Of a stretch of 64,000 nucleotides of DNA, positions 12,331 to 24,211 are shown one piece after another (within the stretch, counting starts at the first letter, position 1; the number at the start of each line of letters is the position of its first letter). The DNA comes from Mustelus asterias (taxonomy: Eukaryota). The position numbers and the translations under genes are program-made. The DNA lies in assembly GCF_964213995.1 (NCBI RefSeq), contig NW_027590554.1:124001-188000 (forward strand), read 5' to 3'. The notes beneath the pieces were generated by a model. It was given only the letters and a program-made list of their open reading frames with translations, ran no database searches and was not told where the DNA came from.

Positions 12331-13537
12331 TAGACCAAATGTCTAATTCGAGACATTGGAATATCAACCTTAAATTAAAGAATGCGGATGATTTCCTCAC
12401 CATAAAGCCCACTCTCACTGAATTACTGACCTGCTCTTTCGCTCTTTCTGCTCTTCCGCCTTTACCGACCACTGCAAATGTTAAAACCTTTTACATCTGT
12501 AACATTTTCCCCAGTTCTGATAAGCATAATGTTCCTCTATTTCTAACTTGAAAACTGCCGCCCATCCAACTGAGCAACTTCAGAATTGTGCGTTGACATT
12601 TTGGACACTATAACGTTCCTGGTGCATTCCAGTACATGTGATCACTGGGATTGAGGGAGGTCATGTAGCCACTTACGGAAATGTCGTAACTCCCTGTACG
12701 AATATATCTGCAAACATCTCCTTAAATATCTAGGGTTCCAGCCACCTTCCATTCAAACCGGCAATTTATTTCGCACATTTACCACTTTCTGTGAATGAGA
12801 AGCATTTTTCGATATTATCCCAGAATTGCACTTTTCACTTCGAACCCGTGTCCCCGAGTCCCTGTCTACAATTAAAATTGGAGTAAAATTGCAGGAAATG
12901 TTTTTACTACATGATGTATCTAATATTGTTGTAGGTACCAGTCAGACACTTGGGTGGGGACCTAATTGAGAGAAACACATGACCCTCTGTAGCGAGTCAC
13001 ACCGGCCAGAATCTGTCTTTTGGGTTGATTTGTTTCACAGATAGAAATACTTCAACACGAGATAGAAAGTGAGAACAGCGCGATCATTTCTTAAGCACAG
13101 ACCCCAGGAGGTAAACAGCGCCAATTGTCGGAAGTTTCCATTTGACCTGCCTGCCCTTGTCTCTGAAGTGGGGAGATTGATGCACCTATCCACTGGCTGC
13201 CATCGGTTGGCTGAGTAGTTCTGTGGTTGGGGACCTGCACTTGCTTTGACAGAGTAGTTCATTGTCTGCAGAGTTACAGACAACGGGAGCGACATTCGGA
13301 ACTATCTCTTTCCTTCCTGCTAACTCTGTAACATCTCAGTTAGTATTTCCTCCCGAGTAATACTCCACTCTCCCCCTAACCGCACTAAACAATGTATTCT
13401 TATTTGTAAAATGGTGGCAATTACGACATTAGCGGATCCAAAACATTTTACTTGTCCTTTTACTTCCAACATGTTGCGAATCTGATTTTTAAATTCTCGC
13501 ATGTTTGACCTTTCACCATTGGAACATTTTTTTCCAG

Positions 13538-13880
13538 ATCTGAGTCATGGAAACGCTATCAGCAGCTGCTATTCTCAGGAGTTAAGACAGAAGGAGAAGC
13601 GGTGACTTTAACCTCCATCTATAATCCTGCACCGAGCGACAGCAATGATTTATACTGCTACCGGCAACATTCCTGAAACAAAGCCAGAGCTTATTCTGAT
13701 AAAATACGCGGGAGGTTCAGCGATGAGACAGGTTTTGCCAAATACTTCTTTTGGGCAATTTAACAGCTTGACAAGAAAATTCACTTTCCCCATCTCTGGG
13801 CTGTAACTGAGAGGCACTGCAATTTATTTCTGCTCCCTGAGGCATACAGTGATAAAAAGTTAGATTCACGGCAAGAAACC
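13538..13880 (+). pseudogene. Degenerate TCR V pseudogene (V4, V2 family)
   Basis: Acceptor ttttccag, EGEAVTL, tactgctaccggcaacat (W lost), atctctgggctgtaactg..gcaatttatttctgc; frameshifts and stops; RSS relic tacagtg...caagaaacc. Confidence 0.8.
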
Positions 13881-13929
13881 CTCGCCTCTTGGCAGGACAG
13901 AAGTTGCCAATGTACATTATAGCATCGGT

Positions 13930-14143
13930 GAAATAGAATCATGGAATCCCTACAGTGCAGGCTATTCACAAAGGGGCAATTTAGCACGGCCAATCAACCT
14001 AACCCGCACATCTTTAGACTGTGGGAGGAAACCGGAGCACCCGGAGGAAATCCACGCAGACACGGGGAGAATGTGCAAACTTCACACAGACAATGACCCA
14101 AGTCCCTGGAGTTGTGAGGCAGCAGTGCTAACCACTGTGCCAA
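13930..14143 (-). mobile_element. HE1-like SINE
   Basis: Conserved SINE body plus a CR1-type tail remnant. Confidence 0.85.
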
Positions 14144-14394
14144 GTGTGAAAAAAAACGATTCATACAATCTGACAGTCGTTTGCGGTAATTTACTATTTC
14201 ATCTCTATCTGTCTTTCGTCGGTGCAAGTTACCCCGAGTCGCCCACATATTCTGAATTAAATTTCATGAAATTTAAACGCATTCGCCGAAGGGGGCATGA
14301 GGAGGTTGGTTCAGTTGTTGGTTTGATTGACGTAATGGGTAAGAGGTTGTGTTCTTTTCATCTTTAGTAAAAGTGAACGTTATTGTCAAAGCTG

Positions 14395-15632
14395 TATTTT
14401 TGAAGGGGTAACCAAGAAGGTAGATGAGGGCAGTGCAGTTGATGTTGTCTACACGGACTTTAGCAGGGCCTTTGACAAGGAACCGCATGGCAGATTGTTG
14501 CATAAGGTTAAATCTCACGGGATTTAGGGTGAGGTATCTAAATGGATACAAAATTGGCTCATTGACAGAAACCAGAGGGTGGTTGTAGAGAGTTGTTTTT
14601 CAAACTGGAGGCATGTGACCAGCGGTGTGCCTCAAGGATCAGTGCTGGGTCCACTGTTATTGTCATTTATATTAATGATTTGGATGAGAATATAGGGGGC
14701 ATGGTTACTAAGTTTGCAGATGACACTTAGATTGGTGGCATAGTGGACAGTGAAGAAAGTTATCTCCAATTGCAACGGGATCTTTATCAATTGGGCGAGT
14801 GGGCTGATGAATGGCAGATGGAGTTTAATTTAGACAAATGCGAGGTGATGCATTTAGGTAGATTGAACCAGGGCAGGACTTACTCAGTTAATGGTAGGGC
14901 GTTGGGGAGAGTTACAGAGAGATCTTGGGGTACATGTTCATAGCTCCTTGAAAGTGGGGTCACAGGTGGACAGAGTGGTGAAGAAGACATTTGGCACGCA
15001 TGGTTTCATCGGTCACAACATTGAATACAGGAGTTGGAATGTCTTGTTGAAGTTGTACAAGACATTGGTCAGGCCACACTTGGAATACTGTGTGCAATTC
15101 TGGTCACCCTATTATAGAAAGGATATTATTAAACTAGAAGAAGTGCAGAAAAGATTTACGAGGATGCTACCGGGACTTGATGGATTGAGTTAGAAGGAGA
15201 GGCTGGATAAACTGGGACTTTTTCCTCTGGAGCGTAGGAGGCTGAGGGGTGATCTTATAGAGGTCTATAAAATGAGGGGCACAGATCAGCTAGATAGTCA
15301 ATATCTTTTCCCAAAGGTAGGTGTTTTTTTTAAACTAGAGGGCATAGGTTTAAGGTGTGAGGGGAGAGATATAAAAATGTTCAGAAGGGCAATTGTTTCA
15401 CACAGAGGATGGTAGGTGTCTGGAACAAGCTGCCAGAGGTAGTAGTAGAGGCGGGTACAATTTTGCCTTTTAAAAAGCATTTAGATAGTTACATGGGTAC
15501 GATGGGTATAGAGGGATATGTGCCAAATGCGGGCAAGTGGGATTAGCTTAGAGGTTTAAAAAAATGGGCGGCATGGACAATTTGTTTCGAAGGGCCTTTT
15601 TTCCATGCTGCAAATCTCTATGACTCTATGAT
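14395..15632 (+). mobile_element. CR1 LINE, degenerate RT and 3' end
   Basis: Frameshifted RT (KFADDT, LVRPHLEYCVQFWSPYY) and a ctatgactctatga tail. Confidence 0.92.
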
Positions 15633-15834
15633 TGCCCATCACTAATTGCCTTTGTAAAAGTGATAGTGAGCTGCCGTCTTGGACTGCTGCAGTCCATGTG
15701 TTGTAAGTATATACACAAAACTATTCGGGAGAGAGCTCCGCATTTCGACCTAGAGACAGTGAAAGGAAAACGTTATAGTTCTAAGTTCTAGCCCTTCGCC
15801 TCTTGAGAGGTGTTGGTGGGCATTCTTATATATA

Positions 15835-16135
15835 GCGCCGGCGTGGATGGATCAGGACGAGTTGTTGGTGATCTGGACATCGAGAAACCTTGAAGCTCTC
15901 GACCATTCCCACTTCATCCCCGTTGATGTCGATAGGGCATGTCCTCCACTACGCTTAATGAAGTCGATGACTATCTCTTTCGTTTAACTGACATTCAGGG
16001 AGCGACTACTGTCCTCGCACCAGTTCACCAGATTCTCCATCTCTTTCCTGCCTCATCATTATTTGAAATCCGACCCACCACGGTGGTGTCATCAGCAAAC
16101 TTGAAAATTGAGTTGTAGGGGAATTTGGCCATACA
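15835..16135 (-). mobile_element. Rex1/Babar-type LINE RT fragment
   Basis: Minus strand reads NSIFKFADDTTVVGRISNNDE..MENLVNWCED..LNVS*TKEIVIDF, the Rex1-type RT signature. Confidence 0.7.
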
Positions 16136-16350
16136 TTCACTGTTTCATTCATTGTTTTCCTTCTCTGACTCCGCTGTACAGATTGAGCTGCTAAAGGACC
16201 AACGTTGGAATTATTCCACAGAAAGTACTCAGGTTAAGATGAATAAAATCACCTTCCACTCCGTGTCGAGGTTAGGAATTGAAGATCCAAGGAGTTTGAT
16301 ATTATTGGTTGAATCGTTAGCTTATTTGTTTTAGATGATTCAATGTCAAC

Positions 16351-16378
16351 TGATGACGCACGCGGCGAAGAACCAATG
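16351..16378 (+). promoter_or_regulatory. CRE-like and CCAAT promoter motifs of V5
   Basis: tgatgacgca and accaatg about 100-130 nt upstream of ATG 16479; similar CRE motifs lie upstream of V2 (~3216-3225) and V6 (20043-20050). Confidence 0.5.
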
Positions 16379-16478
16379 AGAAGAGAAGTGGGTGTTACTC
16401 ACCCGCTTCTCAATTCTTGAGTGAAAACTTTCAGCCTCAGCCCATTGCTGTTGACTGTGCTATGAGGTCTCTGCAAAC

Positions 16479-17289
16479 ATGTCTCCTGTTACTTTGCGTT
16501 TATTCCTCACAGCGGCTGCTCTGTTAACCGGTCAGTTCACAAGTTTCACAAAGCTGTGTTTCATATATTTACCACACATGGCATCATCACATCGATAACA
16601 ATGGATTGATCACGGATCAGTAAATTAACCCTAACCACTTTACCGCCACACACCCTGTGACAAACAGTGGACTTGAAAACCTATGGACAGCTGTCAGTTT
16701 CCCCTTCAAATTGCAGGAAACGCTAGAGGGGAACTGAACCCGATAGATGGCGCCAAATGTGCATTCCAGAAATTTTATTATTCGATTCAAATATAATCAA
16801 GTTATAATCCCAGAGATGTTGGAAATATGTTTCACTTTCGTTGCACCAAGTTATTTATCCGGCTGTTGCACAGGGCAAAATGCAGATTCTATGTGATAAA
16901 CGTAGTTGATTGACATCGTTTAATGTGTTGTTACTCTGAATACTTTCAGGATATTGTGGATGAGACTCTGTTACACAGACACCAGCTGCACTCACAGTGA
17001 GTGAAGGACGTCAGTTGATCTGTAACTTTACAGCTACAACCAGCGACGACCCTAAGCTATTCTGGTATCGTCAGTATCCCAGCGGGTCCATGGAGTTTCT
17101 GTATCAGAAAAGTAGATACAGTGGGAATACAGAAAGATTCCGAGGGGATCGTTTCTCTGCAGAGTTTGACTTTATGAAGAGCACCATTCCGCTGAATGTG
17201 TCTAAGATAGAGCTGGCAGACTCCGGGGTGTATTACTGCACACTGAGACCCACAGAGACACAGAAATGGGCTGAACCTGTACAAAAACT
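16479..17289 (+). pseudogene. TCR alpha/delta V (V5) with a single nonsense codon; leader 16479-16530, V exon 16950-17250, 23-RSS
   Basis: Leader MSPVTLRLFLTAAALLT-G with GT donor; exon GYCG*DSVTQTP...LICNF...LFWYRQYP...RFSAEF...LADSGVYYCTLRP with TGA at 16961-16963; CACAGAG, 23-nt spacer, ACAAAAACT (17251-17289). Confidence 0.9.
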
Positions 17290-18092
17290 GTCAGAGCATT
17301 ACTCAACATTCCAATGTGGCAGTTGAGTGAATCATTATAGAATATTTATATGCCGACTTACCTGATGTCACACAATGTGTTTAATGTCACTGATACGATG
17401 AATGAAAAAAACACAAGCCAATTTGACCCCCACCATGGTCCTTCAAACAACATTATTATGCATAGCCTGTTTGAGGACGTTTATTCTTGGGTAGTTATTG
17501 ACTAGAGCAACTCTACTGCTCTTCTTCGAAATAGTGTCCTTGCGCACTATCACGTCTATCTGAGAAGGCAGTCGGTGCCCTCGATTTAACATCTCATTCG
17601 GTACCTTTGACAATTCACCATCCGCTGCGGAGTGCACGGCCGCATCTGAATGGATCATGCGACTGGAGTCTCCTCAAATCTTCTGCTTCATAGGCGGTAA
17701 AAATAACAACGGAACCTAGCCTGGCAAGCGTTGTGTGTAGATTAGCGCGTATATTGTTAATTCTGATGCATTTACACTATTTTGAAAATTAATATATAGT
17801 TTATATTTACACATGCCGGATTGATGCAACGGTTAATCGAGGTGATCAGCCTGATAACTGAGAGATAGATTGGAGCAACCTCTCGATGCCTCAGTCACTT
17901 TCCATCAGCGTTACCCAAGTACCTTCTGGGATTGTGTTTCCTGAAAGAATCTGTGTGTTTGTTTACTGCAGCGGGTACGGGAACAATAACGTTGTGGTTC
18001 TGCAGCTAGTCTAGTATTCCAGAGGGACAAGCGGCTCTCCGAAATCACCCTTTCCTTAACACGTGTTATGTTATATAAGACTATATAATTAT

Positions 18093-18640
18093 TTGCAGCT
18101 ATATAAGACCCTGGTCAGACCACACTTGGAGCACTGTGCTCAGTTCAGGTCGCCTCATTACAGGAAGGATGTGAAAGCCATAGAAAGGGTGCAGAGGAGA
18201 TTTACAAGAATGTTGCCTGGGTTGGGGAGCATGCCTTATGAGGATAGGTTGAGTGAGCTCGGCCTTTTCTCCTTGGAGAGACGAAGGATGAGGGGTGACC
18301 TGTTGAGAGGTATTGATCGAGTGGATAGTCAGAGGCTTTTTCCCAGGGCTGAAATGGTTACCACTCGGGGACACAGGTTAAAAGTGCTGGGGAGTAGGTA
18401 CAGAGGAGATGTCAGGGGTAAGTTTTTCACTCAGAGGGTGGTGGGTGCGTGGAATGGGCTGCCAGCAACGGTGGTGGAGGCGGATTCAATAGGATCTTTT
18501 AAGAGACTTTTAGATAAGTACATGGAACTTAGTAAGATAGAGGGTTATAGGTAAGCCTAGTAATGGCTAAGGTGGGGACATGTTCGACAGAACTTTCCTG
18601 TATTGTGCTGTAGTTTTTCTATGTTTCTATGTTTCTATAT
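18093..18640 (+). mobile_element. CR1 LINE 3' fragment
   Basis: LQLYKTLVRPHLE..RRFTRMLPG..FFTQRVVGAWN and a (tttctatg)n tail. Confidence 0.92.
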
Positions 18641-19280
18641 TATGTTATTTTATTTCTCCATCTGGAATTCCTGATTCAATTCTGGACATTGCGTTTCTCA
18701 ATGCGCCCCCTCGTTTATCTCACTGTATAGCTCTCTGTTTCTAGTGTTCACAGCCTTCTTGTCTCTCTTCGTTTCTTCACCGTTTCTTCATCTAATTCCC
18801 TTCCTGCCTCCGCCTCTTTTTCACTCCGTGTCAGTCCCACTATTTATCTCTGTTTCTCGCTCATTTCTATCATTCCGCTTCCTCTTTACCTCCCCGAATC
18901 TCAATCCGTCTCACCCTATCTATGTACCTATATCTACCACGGTCTCTGCTTTTGATTCACTCACTGTCTTTCCATTTGCTTAGCTTCAATTCTTGTGTCG
19001 TATTTCTCCTTGCGACATGTCAAATATCAGATATTTTCCACAGCTCTTTTAAAACAATATCTTTAATTTTAAAAACAATGATTATTTCAAACTCATCTTC
19101 ACGTTATGTTCATGTATTCGACAAAAGTGGGACAGAGGAAACGTTTCCCAGTGCAGTACCTGTTGCTCTCGACTTGCTAATAATTTGGGTTCATTTTAAA
19201 TCAGAGCAATCTACAGGTAGGTTTGGAAATTCCAGGTTTTCCCCTTCTGCCCAGCTATTCCCTTTGTCACACTGCGGTAG

Positions 19281-19846
19281 TTACTTTGCACGAGGCTTCC
19301 TCTGGTTCTGGTCACTGTGTCTCTCAGTCCGCTGTAATAAACCGCGCTGTCAGACAGCTGCAGCTCACGTGGTGAAATTTCCCTGATTTTTCGAAGTGTT
19401 CAAAGATGCAGAAAATCGAGCCCCCACGCCCTCTGCTCTGACAACATCTTCGTAATTGGGGATGTAGATCAAGAATGTGGGGACTATATCCAGGTCCTGG
19501 TGGTAAAACTGAAAAGAATATGCAGCCGCTGTGGTCGAATAGCTGAAATCAATACACACCGATTCTCCTTCAAACCTTATCGCTGTAACCGGACCCTGGG
19601 AGACAAAACCTGCAGCACTCACACCTGCAAAAAAGAATAGAAATACGAAATTTAATTTTTCTGATCACTTTGTCAGAAACAACGGGATTTAGGTAATTGA
19701 ATATATTACAAATAGATGGAAAAACAGTTCAATGGAAAGATTTCTATGTTAGTATCGCGAGCAAGCGGCAGAATGTGCAACTTGGGAACAGTTAAAAGAG
19801 TTGAAGCTGTGAGGAACTGGTAAAGACTAACACACAAAGTCTTCAT
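19281..19846 (-). pseudogene. TCR V pseudogene (V6); leader from 19846, V exon 19624-19320
   Basis: Leader MKTLCVSLYQFLTASTLLT (donor deleted relative to the V5 leader); GVSAAGFVSQGP...EGESV...RFSASLN..., frameshift, ELQLSDSAVYYSGLR. C23, W41 and C104 are lost. Heptamer CACAGTG, 23-nt spacer, degenerate nonamer. Confidence 0.85.
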
Positions 19847-19934
19847 AGAGATGATGCTGGATCTGAACTCAGTGAGTTCAAGCTCCATATTTATTTCAGG
19901 GTTCAGAAAATGTTGAGAAATATCCGGCCTCAAG

Positions 19935-20050
19935 CGATTGGCTCGTTTCTGACAGAGCCAGCGGGAGACACCCAATCAGCTCACAGATTCATTACCCTCC
20001 ATTTCATCCAATCAGCTCAGAGTGCCTTCGCTCACCAATCCATGACGTCA
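19935..20050. promoter_or_regulatory. V6 promoter region: repeated CCAAT boxes and a perfect CRE
   Basis: gattgg, ccaatc three times, TGACGTCA at 20043-20050. Confidence 0.55.
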
Positions 20051-20884
20051 GACGGAGGAGCCTTAATTGCCCTCCATTTGAGAGGACATTTAAAGATCAA
20101 CCACATTACTCTGGCTCTGGAGTCACATGTCGGCCAAACCAGCTAAGGACGGCAGATCTCCTTCCCCCATGACATTAGTGAACCGGATGGGGTTTTGCAA
20201 CAGTCGATAATGGTTTCATGGTCATCATTACACTTTTAATTCCAGATTAATCACATCAAAACCTGAAAAATGTTCAATCTGAGAGCTGGCGTTTCTTCAT
20301 GCTGACGTTAATAATCTCCATAACTTGCTGCTTTTGAATATTCCGATATGTGTCAAATGAACTAATATTGTTTCAGGCACAGAGTCAGTTCCTTCATTTC
20401 TCCAGGATAGGAGCAGATTAATTGCTAACCTGTCACTGCCTGTCACTCAATGCTTCATCTTTATTATTTTCTCCTTTCTAACTGTCTAGATCATTTCATT
20501 TCTTGGACCTTCAGCTATTCTCTTGAACTCATACCTTCCAAAATGTCTTTCCAAGCCTTGGGAACCAGGGAAGGCATTGATAACACATCCGGGTCAGTAA
20601 ACACAAAACACGGCCGTGATGTGCTGGACCCCATCATTGAGAGTGGGGATGTTTGTGGAGCCTCCTCTTCTTGTGGTTCCACTTTGGATAGAAATCAGTG
20701 AGGTCTGAGAGCGGTTTTCTATTTTTCATATACTAGTAAAACAAATGAACTAATAAACTTGTTGAAATCCTATTAAAACGGCATTGTAATAAAAAGACAG
20801 AACTTCAAGGAAAACATATTAAATTAAAATATTTTCCCTATTTATACTCTTTAATCTTTGAACTGGGAAATGATCAACGCAGTC

Positions 20885-21390
20885 AAACTGGGGAGAGGTC
20901 ATTCACTGTCTCGAAGTGTGGAGATGGATATAATCAGTTGTCCCTTCTGTCAACACACCAGCAAGTTCATACTGGGGAGAAGCTGTTCTGATGTTTTAAA
21001 TGTGCGAAGGAATTTGCTTACTCATCTGACCCGCTGGCACATGAATGAGTTCACACAGAGGAGAATGCAGTCACCTGCTCTGTTTGTGGGAAAGGATTCG
21101 CTTAGTCATCCCAGCTCACTAAGCATAAACTTGATCACAGTGATCAGAGTCCTTTTAAATGTTCTGATTGTGAAAAGAGCTTTAAAACAAGAAGTATATG
21201 TGAATACAAAAACAGCTTCAGACTGGAGTGAGACGGTTCATATACCCGGAAAGTGGGAAAGGATTAATTCAGTCATCGGATCTGCTCACACACCAACAAC
21301 GTCACACCAAGCAGAGGCCGTTCACCTTCTCTGAGTTTGGGAAGGGATTCCAGCCGCTTCCTGGCACACCAGCGTGTTCACAAATGAGCG
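20885..21390 (+). pseudogene. C2H2 zinc-finger array pseudogene
   Basis: HQQVHTGEKLF*CFKCAKEF...H.*VHTEE..TCSVCGKGFA*SSQLTKH..DH..QSPFKCSDCEKSFK...HQQRHT..RPFTFSEFGKGF, with stops and frameshifts. Confidence 0.85.
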
Positions 21391-21394
21391 GAGG

Positions 21395-21975
21395 ACATTG
21401 CAGACATGACGGGAACGGTTGAACGGACACTGCACAACAATCGCCAGGCGGGAGTGTTCCCTTCCAGTTGGGGAGCTCTTCAGCGGTCCAGGACATTCAG
21501 CCTCCAGTTTTCGGGTAAGCGTTCTCCAACGCGGCCTTCAAGACATATGGCAACGCAGAATCGCCGAGCAGAAACTGAGAGCCAAGTTCAACATGCATGA
21601 GGACGGCCTTAACCGGGATCTTGGGTGAATGTCGCACTACTTGTAACCCTCATCATACTGCCTGGGTTTGCAAAATCCTACGAACTGACCTGGTTTGAGA
21701 CAATTCACACCCCTTTAAATTGTAATTGTCCCTCGCTCCACTCACACTTCGCACCTATAAAAACTTGATTATTTACTTTATATTTACCTGTAAAGACTCA
21801 TATTAAATCACTCTTCACATACCAATCTGTAACTATCTTGCAGTTGTGTCTTTGATTATATATACTGTGCTTGCGAACTAACCTTCACGCACCTGATGAA
21901 GGAGCAGCGCCCCGAAAGCCCGTGATTCCAAATAAACCTGTTGGTTCTTAACCTGGTGTTGTGTGACTTCTTACA
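21395..21975 (+). mobile_element. Penelope-like element 3' end (GIY-YIG endonuclease remnant plus terminal repeat)
   Basis: RERLNGH...LPVGELFSGPGHS...RRIAEQKL.AKF..HEDGLNRDLG, then the ctgatgaaggagcagcg..ccgaaagc terminal repeat. Confidence 0.8.
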
Positions 21976-23050
21976 TTGCTGCAGTTACTCACGCCCAGGA
22001 CTGAACTTGGAGGTTAATCCTGAGGTGTGTAAGGAATGTGTGCGAGCCGCTCTCTTCCATGGTTCAGAGCTCCGAGACACGGAAGAGAAGCTCCTTTACA
22101 ACTGTGTTCGGAGTCAGGAGAGCAATGTTGAATACTGCAAACGTGCTGTAAAATCAGAGGTTGGTGTAAAATTGGTCTGTTCCTGAGAGTGAAATGGTTT
22201 AAGTTTCCAGACTGAAAATGTTTGTGTGACTTTCCTGAATCTACTAATGTAAGTAACATCAAGTTACATTTCACTCTGGAACTTTGAACCATTCTGTTTT
22301 GGTTGAAAATATTTTGTTGAAAATGTTGAAAATAAGATGGGTATAGAGGGATATGGGCCAAATGCCGGCAATTTGGATTAGCTTAGGGTTTTAAAAAAAT
22401 GGCGGCGTGGACAAGTTGGGCCCAAGGGCCTGTTTCCATGTTGTAAACCTCTATGATTCTATGACTCTATGACTCTTTCTCCCACCTTCCATTGACTTCA
22501 ATGTGATGGAAACTGACTGTTGGAACCTGTGAACATTTGAAATATATTTACAAATGATTGGAGGGTTTCTTCCAGATGGATGTTTCTCTGTTCTTTCTAC
22601 TGGTAGCGTTAGAAAACATACTTTCTCCTGTGAATATCCAGCTGGAATATTCGGCACTGATGTCTTTCCTTGTTCATCTTTTTCACTCGAAATATTGAAT
22701 ATTTTGGTTTCAGACAGCAGATAATCAAACTCCCAGCAATAGACAGTCTATTACTGACTTTATTAACAGCACTGCAATAATACAGGGTAATTCCAAATTA
22801 GTTCCATTCCTTAATGAAGTATTTAAATGATGGCATCCATTTGTATTTCAGAGTCAGTAACATAGAAATGGTGTACTGGTCTTTAATTTCGATACAATTT
22901 TAATTCAATGTTCCTTCTTTCAATATCCTTTCCACCACTTCCCCGTTACCTGATTAATTTGAGATACCAGCAGACACAATGTAAATCACAGTTGCTGTGG
23001 GCAATTGACGTGTTTGTGGCGTCAGTTTCCGAATATCAGGGCATCGCAGC

Positions 23051-23123
23051 TTTGCCGTAGTGTAGTGGGTATCACGGTCGCTTTACACGCAAAAGGGTTC
23101 CTGTTGGATCTGGGGCAGGAATA
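23051..23123 (+). tRNA. tRNA-Val(TAC) pseudogene
   Basis: ccgtagtgtagtgggtatcacggtcgctttacacgcaaaagg with a degenerate T arm. Confidence 0.65.
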
Positions 23124-23764
23124 TTTACCAGAAAAACAGAAATTTCTGGAAAAACTCAGCCAGTATGATAGCATCTGTGGGGAGAGAGTGGAACCAACAT
23201 TTCAAGTCTGGATGACCCTTCGTCAGACTTCTTGATTCGACACAATGGCTCGATTCTCTCATCACAAGTGCTGGCAGACCTGCTGAGATTTTCCATTATT
23301 ATCTGTTTGTGTTTCAGGTTCCAGCATCAGTAGTAAATTATTTTTACAAAAAACATTTCCAAATGTTATCAATTTCAGAGTGATTGGGCTTTCAGAATTT
23401 TTCGCACATTTGTCACGAAACTGACCTGTGGAACATTTTCAAACAACGAACGTTGCAGTACAATTATCATTTTCGCTTCCGATGGTTCGAAACAGGAAAG
23501 AAATATTTCCAAATACTTTACAATTCGGAGTGAGGGAAAAGTTTCGTAATTCAGTGGCAGTGTAAATGGTAAAATCTGACCTATTACCAGACAGATTTTA
23601 CCTTGCAACAACATCTCAATCGTTCGTACTTTGCAGTCTTAATTCACCAGAAATGTTCCACACCCAGAAGCACGCTGCACCACTATCCAAAGCACTGCGT
23701 TGCTTTCAAAGGCAACTCTCCTCTTAAAAGGTTGCACACTCTCACTCGATGATGGTGAAATGTG

Positions 23765-23793
23765 ACAGACAAATAGATAGATAGCGAGGTAGG

Positions 23794-23824
<31 letters not shown>

Positions 23825-24162
23825 TGAATAGANNNNNNNNNNNNNNNNNNNNNNNNNNNNNNNNNNNNNNNNNNNNNNNNNNNNNNNNNNNNNNNNNNNN
23901 NNNNNNNNNNNNNNNNNNNNNNNNNNNNNNNNNNNNNNNNNNNNNNNNNNNNNNNNNNNNNNNNNNNNNNNNNNNNNNNNNNNNNNNNNNNNNNNNNNNN
24001 NNNNTGGGCAGACGGACGGATGGACGGACGGATGGACGGACGGACGGATGGATGGGCGGATGGATGGACGGATGAATGGATGGGCGGATGGACGGGCCAA
24101 CGGACGGACGGATGGATGGATGGGGAGAGGGAGAAGGACGGACGGAGGAATGGACGGACGGA
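23765..24162. repeat. Microsatellites (GATA/GA and GGAC/GGAT) flanking a 172-N assembly gap (23833-24004)
   Basis: Seen directly in the sequence. Confidence 0.95.
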
Positions 24163-24211
24163 AAGGAACATTTCACTGACTGAGAATAAGTAACATTCAC
24201 CTTAGTTCAGC

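Noticed and set aside
1-20000. Ig VH-like or NAR-TCR V segments, and D or J segments
   Set aside because: All V exons look TCR alpha/delta-like; I saw no VH-type WVRQ framework, no 12-RSS-flanked D and no FGXG J motif.
23639-24200. ORFs with PSIHPSVR repeats
   Set aside because: They are translations of microsatellites spanning an N gap.
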